DNA of 32,000 bases. Origin: Pseudomonas aeruginosa (GTDB lineage Bacteria > Pseudomonadota > Gammaproteobacteria > Pseudomonadales > Pseudomonadaceae). The translations under genes and the position numbers were made by a program. The stretch covers positions 4,350,001-4,382,000 of the forward strand of contig NZ_LN831024.1 of the NCBI RefSeq assembly GCF_001457615.1, written 5' to 3'. Within the stretch, counting starts at the first letter, position 1; every line of letters starts with the position of its first letter. The notes under the pieces are model-generated. The model had not been told where the DNA came from, searched no databases, and saw nothing but the letters and a program-made list of their open reading frames with translations. Below are positions 28,457 to 32,000 of this stretch, piece by piece.

Positions 28457-29554
28457 TCAAAGTCCAGCCACCAGCAGCCCGTCGGGCAACGCCACGCTCC
28501 GCTCGATGCAGGCAGCCAGCGCCTCGACCAGGGGTTCCAGCGCATAGCCCTGCCTGGCCAGCCAGACCGGATCGTAATAGGTGGTCGCATAGCGTTCGCC
28601 GCCGTCGCAGAGAATCGCCACCAGCGAACCCTTCTCGCCGGCCGCGACCATTTGCCGTGCGGCCACCAGGGCGCCGATCAGGTTGGTTCCGCTGGAGCCG
28701 CCGACCCGCCGCCCCAGGCGTCGGGCCAGGTAATGCATGGCCGCCAGCGACCAGGCGTCCGGCACCTTGACCATCGCGTCGATCACTTCCGGCAGGAAGG
28801 ACGCCTCGACCCGCGGCCGGCCGATGCCCTCGATCCGCGAACCGCAATCCAGGGTCAGGCCACGGTCGCCGCTGACATAGGCGTCGAAGAACACCGAACG
28901 CTCGGCGTCGGCGCAGAGTACCCGGGTGCAGTGCTGGCGATAGCGCACGTAGCGGCCGAGGGTCGCCAGGGTGCCGCCGGTACCGGGGCTGGAGATCAGC
29001 CAGGTCGGGGTCGGGTACGGCTCGTGGCGCATCTGCTGGAAGATCGATTCGGCGATGTTGTTGTTCGCCCGCCAGTCGGTGGCGCGCTCGGCATAGGTGA
29101 ACTGGTCCATGAAATGGCCACCGCTCTCCCGCGCCAGGCGTTCGGACTCGGCGTAAATCTGGGTGGGGTCCTCCACCAGGTGGCTCTGGCCGCCGTAGAA
29201 GGCGATCTGGGCGATCTTTTCCTTCGAGGTGCTGGCCGGCATCACGGCGATGAAGGGCAGGCCCAGCAGGCGTGCGAAATAGGCTTCGGAAATCGCCGTG
29301 GAACCGCTCGATGCCTCGATCACCGGCGCGGCCGGCCTGAGCCAGCCGTTGCACAGCGCATAGAGGAACAGCGAGCGCGCCAGGCGATGCTTGAGGCTGC
29401 CGGTGGGGTGGCTGGACTCGTCCTTGAAGTACAGTTCGACGCCAGGCAGGCCGGGAGTCTCCAGGGGGATCAAATGGGTATCGGCGCTGCGCTGGAAATC
29501 CGCTTCGATGATGCGGATCGCCTCGCGGGCCCATTGGCGGTGGTCGACGGTCAT
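28457..29554 (-). CDS. Fold-type-II PLP-dependent enzyme (cysteine synthase / cystathionine beta-synthase family)
   Basis: 365 aa. It has the PLP-lysine context [17 protein letters not shown] and the phosphate-binding loop [13 protein letters not shown]. An AAGGAG Shine-Dalgarno overlaps the stop of the upstream transporter gene. Confidence 0.9.
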   Translation of the reverse strand: MTVDHRQWAREAIRIIEADFQRSADTHLIPLETPGLPGVELYFKDESSHPTGSLKHRLARSLFLYALCNGWLRPAAPVIEASSGSTAISEAYFARLLGLPFIAVMPASTSKEKIAQIAFYGGQSHLVEDPTQIYAESERLARESGGHFMDQFTYAERATDWRANNNIAESIFQQMRHEPYPTPTWLISSPGTGGTLATLGRYVRYRQHCTRVLCADAERSVFFDAYVSGDRGLTLDCGSRIEGIGRPRVEASFLPEVIDAMVKVPDAWSLAAMHYLARRLGRRVGGSSGTNLIGALVAARQMVAAGEKGSLVAILCDGGERYATTYYDPVWLARQGYALEPLVEALAACIERSVALPDGLLVAGL

Positions 29555-29564
29555 GGAAACTCCT

Positions 29565-30484
29565 TCAGTTCAGGACGCCGGCCGGAGGCGGCGGCGGAGC
29601 GCTGCGCCACTGGCTGATGGCGACGCCGATGAAGACCAGGCCGGCAGCGAGCATCTGCGGGCCGTTGAGGGTTTCGCCGAGGAACAGCGCGGCGAATACC
29701 AGGGTGAAGACCGGGATCAGGTTGATGAAGCCCGAGGCCTGGCTGGCCGGCAGTCGACCGACGCCGAAGTTGTACAGGCCGTAGGCGCCCACCGTGACCA
29801 CCACGCCGAGATACACCACCGCCTGGATCCCCAGCGCGCTGGGCTGGCTCGGCAGGTCGGCGCTGGCCAGCGCCAGCGGCAGGAAGAACAGCGTGCCGAC
29901 GAAGGCCTGCATGGCGGTCAGGGCGAATGCCGAGTAGCGCGCCGAAAGGTGCTTCAGCAACAGGGTATAGCCGGTGGCGCAGAGCATCGCGAGAAGTTCG
30001 AAGAAGTTGCCCAGCAGCGGCTGCGGCGCGTGCAGGTCGGGCTCGCCGGCGAGGCTCAGCCAGATCGAACCGAGCACCGCCAGGCCAAAGCCGATCCAGG
30101 TCATCCGGCCGATCCGTTCGTGCAGCAGCAACCAGGCCCCACCGCCACCAGCAACGGCAGCAGCGCGGTGATCATCCCGGCCTGGGCCGCGCTGGTGTAT
30201 TGCAGGGCGAAGGATTCGCAGAGGAAGTACAGGCAGGGTTCGCAGACGGCCAGGCCGAGCAGGTACTTCCAGTCGCCCGGGCGGTAGTCGATGCGTCCGC
30301 GCCAGCGCCAGGCAACGAGGAACACCAGGCTGCCGAGGGCCATGCGACCGAAGATCACCCAGAGCGGCGGCAGTTCGCGGAAAGCGACCTTCAGCACCAC
30401 GTACGAACTGCCCCACAGCGCCATCGCCAGGATCAGGCAGGCCAGGGCGAACCAGCGCGTCCGAGTCAAGGGAATCTCCACCAC
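29565..30484 (-). pseudogene. EamA/DMT-family transporter, disrupted by a 1-nt frameshift in this sequence
   Basis: The N-terminal EamA half is in ORF 30101-30484 (...QYTSAAQAGMITALLPLLVAVG then out of frame). The C-terminal half is in ORF 29565-30416 (...AWLLLHERIGRMTWIGFGLAVLG to the end). The frames meet at a G4 run (plus-strand CCCC, 30137-30140), and adding one nucleotide restores a protein of about 306 aa. The start (GTG at 30484) is uncertain. Confidence 0.75.
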
Positions 30485-30582
30485 GGGCGCCGCCGCGGCG
30501 CCGGAAAAAGGACTCCCAGTATAGGCAGCCGGCTAGCTGCGCCGACAGGCACAGAAAGCGGGCAAAACTGTTGCGCCGGGCC

Positions 30583-30930
30583 TCACTGCTCCCAGGGCTT
30601 GCCGCGAGTCTTCTTCTCCAGCGGCAACTGCTGCAGCACCGCGGCCTTGGCCAGCATGTAGGCGCTGACCGGGGCGCTGATGAAGAGGAACAGGCTGATC
30701 AGCAATTCGTGCAGGCTGATGCCCGCCTGGCGGTTGGAGAAATAGATCAGCGAGGCGACGATCACCCCGCCGACCCCGAGGGTGGTGGCCTTGGTCGGCC
30801 CGTGCAGGCGCATGAAGAAGTCCGGCAGGCGGTACAGGCCGATCGCGCCGATCAGGACGAAGGCGCTGCCCAGCAGGAGGAACGCCGAGACGATGATTTC
30901 CAGCCACAGGCTCAGGGGTTCGCCAGTCAT
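30583..30930 (-). CDS. shaG: Multisubunit cation/proton antiporter subunit G (MrpG/MnhG/ShaG)
   Basis: I trimmed this to the ATG at 30930, giving 115 aa. MTGEPLSLWLEIIVSAFLLLGSAFVLIGAIGLYRLPDFFMRLHGPTKATTLG is typical of subunit G. Its start overlaps the shaF stop as ATGA. Confidence 0.88.
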   Translation of the reverse strand: MTGEPLSLWLEIIVSAFLLLGSAFVLIGAIGLYRLPDFFMRLHGPTKATTLGVGGVIVASLIYFSNRQAGISLHELLISLFLFISAPVSAYMLAKAAVLQQLPLEKKTRGKPWEQ

Positions 30931-31196
30931 TCGATGATGTCTCCGCGCAGCATGTATTTGGCCACCGCCACCGTACCGACGAAGCCGAGCACCGCGATCA
31001 GCAGCGCCGCCTCGAAGAACAGGTCGCTGTCGCGCCAGATGCCGTACAGCACCAGCAGCGCGATGGCGTTCACGTAGAGGGTGTCCAGCGCCAGCGCCCG
31101 GTCCGGCAGGCACGGCCCCTTGACCAGGCGCGCCAGGGTCAGCAACAGGGCCAGGCCGAGCAGCGCCAGGCACAGCGGGATCACGTAAGCGAGCAT
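30927..31196 (-). CDS. shaF: Multisubunit cation/proton antiporter subunit F (MrpF/MnhF/ShaF)
   Basis: I trimmed this to the ATG at 31196, giving 89 aa with three predicted TM helices. The motif GPCLPDRALALDTLYVNAIALL is typical of subunit F. Confidence 0.85.
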   Translation of the reverse strand: MLAYVIPLCLALLGLALLLTLARLVKGPCLPDRALALDTLYVNAIALLVLYGIWRDSDLFFEAALLIAVLGFVGTVAVAKYMLRGDIIE

Positions 31197-31705
31197 GGGA
31201 AGATCTCCTTCAGCGGCGCTTCGTAGCGTTGCTTGATCTCGGCGATCAGCGCCGCCTTGTCCGGCACGTCGAGGCCGTGCACCAGCAAGGTCTTGCGGTC
31301 GTCGCTGAGGTCCGACGACACCGACCCCGGGGTCAGCGAGACGATGCTCACCAGCACGCTGATGGCGAGGTCGTTCTCCAGCTCGATCGGCACCTCGACG
31401 AAGGCCGGACGCAAGCGCTCGATCGGTCCGAGGGTCAGGCGGGCGACCTGGATGTTGGCGACGAGGATGTCCCACATCACCAGCGCCAGCAGCTTCAGCA
31501 GCAGCAACGGATGCCACTCCTGGCTGCGCCCGACCAGCAGGCGGTTGGTCAGCAGCGGAATGCACACGCCGAGGAAGGCGCCGAGCAGCCAGTGGCCAAT
31601 GGCGAAGGAATCCACCAGCAGCAACCAGACCAGCAACAGCAGGACACTAAGCACGGGATGAGGCAGTACGCGAAGAAGCGGACGCGGCAACGAGCAGCTG
31701 ATCAT
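31181..31705 (-). CDS. shaE: Multisubunit cation/proton antiporter subunit E (MrpE/MnhE/ShaE)
   Basis: 174 aa with the ATG at 31705 overlapping the shaD stop (ATGA). It has an N-terminal hydrophobic region followed by a VARLTLGP...TLTPGSV-type sequence. Confidence 0.85.
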   Translation of the reverse strand: MISCSLPRPLLRVLPHPVLSVLLLLVWLLLVDSFAIGHWLLGAFLGVCIPLLTNRLLVGRSQEWHPLLLLKLLALVMWDILVANIQVARLTLGPIERLRPAFVEVPIELENDLAISVLVSIVSLTPGSVSSDLSDDRKTLLVHGLDVPDKAALIAEIKQRYEAPLKEIFPCSLT

Positions 31706-32000
31706 GCGGCACCTCCGCGGGTGATGATCTGGCGATACAGGTCGAGGTCGTGCAACTGCGCCGCGGTGGCCTGGACGTAGGCCAGCAGCGGCTTCGCGGC
31801 GAACACCAGCAACGGGCCGGCGGAGAGCAACAGGATGCAGGCGAACAAGCGGCCGTGGTCCAGTTCGGCGCTACCGAGCACGGTATGCCCGGTGCGCCAG
31901 AACAGCGTGCTGCCGGCCCGGCTCAACGCCACCAGCGCCACCAGGCCGCTGCCCAGTACCACGCTCCATAGGGCCAGCGCCTGGCTGCCGGGAGCGACCG
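31702..32000 (-). CDS. shaD: Multisubunit cation/proton antiporter subunit D (MrpD/ShaD), C-terminal part only
   Basis: An open frame runs off the right edge of the window. The hydrophobic C-terminus is ...LVALVALSRAGSTLFWR...LLLSAGPLLVFAAKPLL. It sits immediately upstream of shaE. Confidence 0.7.
   Translation of the reverse strand, partial: VAPGSQALALWSVVLGSGLVALVALSRAGSTLFWRTGHTVLGSAELDHGRLFACILLLSAGPLLVFAAKPLLAYVQATAAQLHDLDLYRQIITRGGAA

Overview
This is a high-GC chromosomal segment that I recognise, from memory and without a search, as Pseudomonas aeruginosa-like. It is collinear but inverted relative to the PAO1 region I recall as PA1054-PA1087. Almost everything on the left half is on the minus strand.

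Layout, left to right:
(1) 1-2556: the first four genes of a long, a-type (PAK-like) flagellin glycosylation island. They are a DegT/VioA-like aminotransferase, an acyl carrier protein, a KASIII and the start of an SDR reductase.
(2) 2845-14121: the complete flgBCDE and flgFGHIJKL hook, rod, ring and junction operons. Each has a textbook sigma54 promoter.
(3) 14374-15120: two small conserved genes of unknown function.
(4) 15419-20442: the braC-braDEFG branched-chain amino-acid ABC transporter.
(5) 20518-24690: an uncharacterised two-gene module, a divergent Hsp90 paralogue followed by a 764-aa helical-repeat protein with a Cys cluster.
(6) 24858-27646: a LysR regulator divergent from an atypical 199-aa SDR, then a YeaO-like DUF488 gene and a lipoprotein gene.
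(7) 27677-30484: a tightly coupled operon of an EamA/DMT transporter (frameshifted here), a fold-type-II PLP enzyme, a GNAT and an 83-aa protein.
(8) 30583-32000: the distal end of the Sha/Mrp cation/proton antiporter operon (shaD partial, shaE, shaF, shaG).

I saw no rRNA, tRNA, CRISPR array, transposase, integrase or phage gene. The best candidates for undescribed biology are the Hsp90-paralogue/helical-repeat pair and the transporter-PLP-GNAT-small-protein operon. All functional statements rest on motif recognition by eye; no searches were run.
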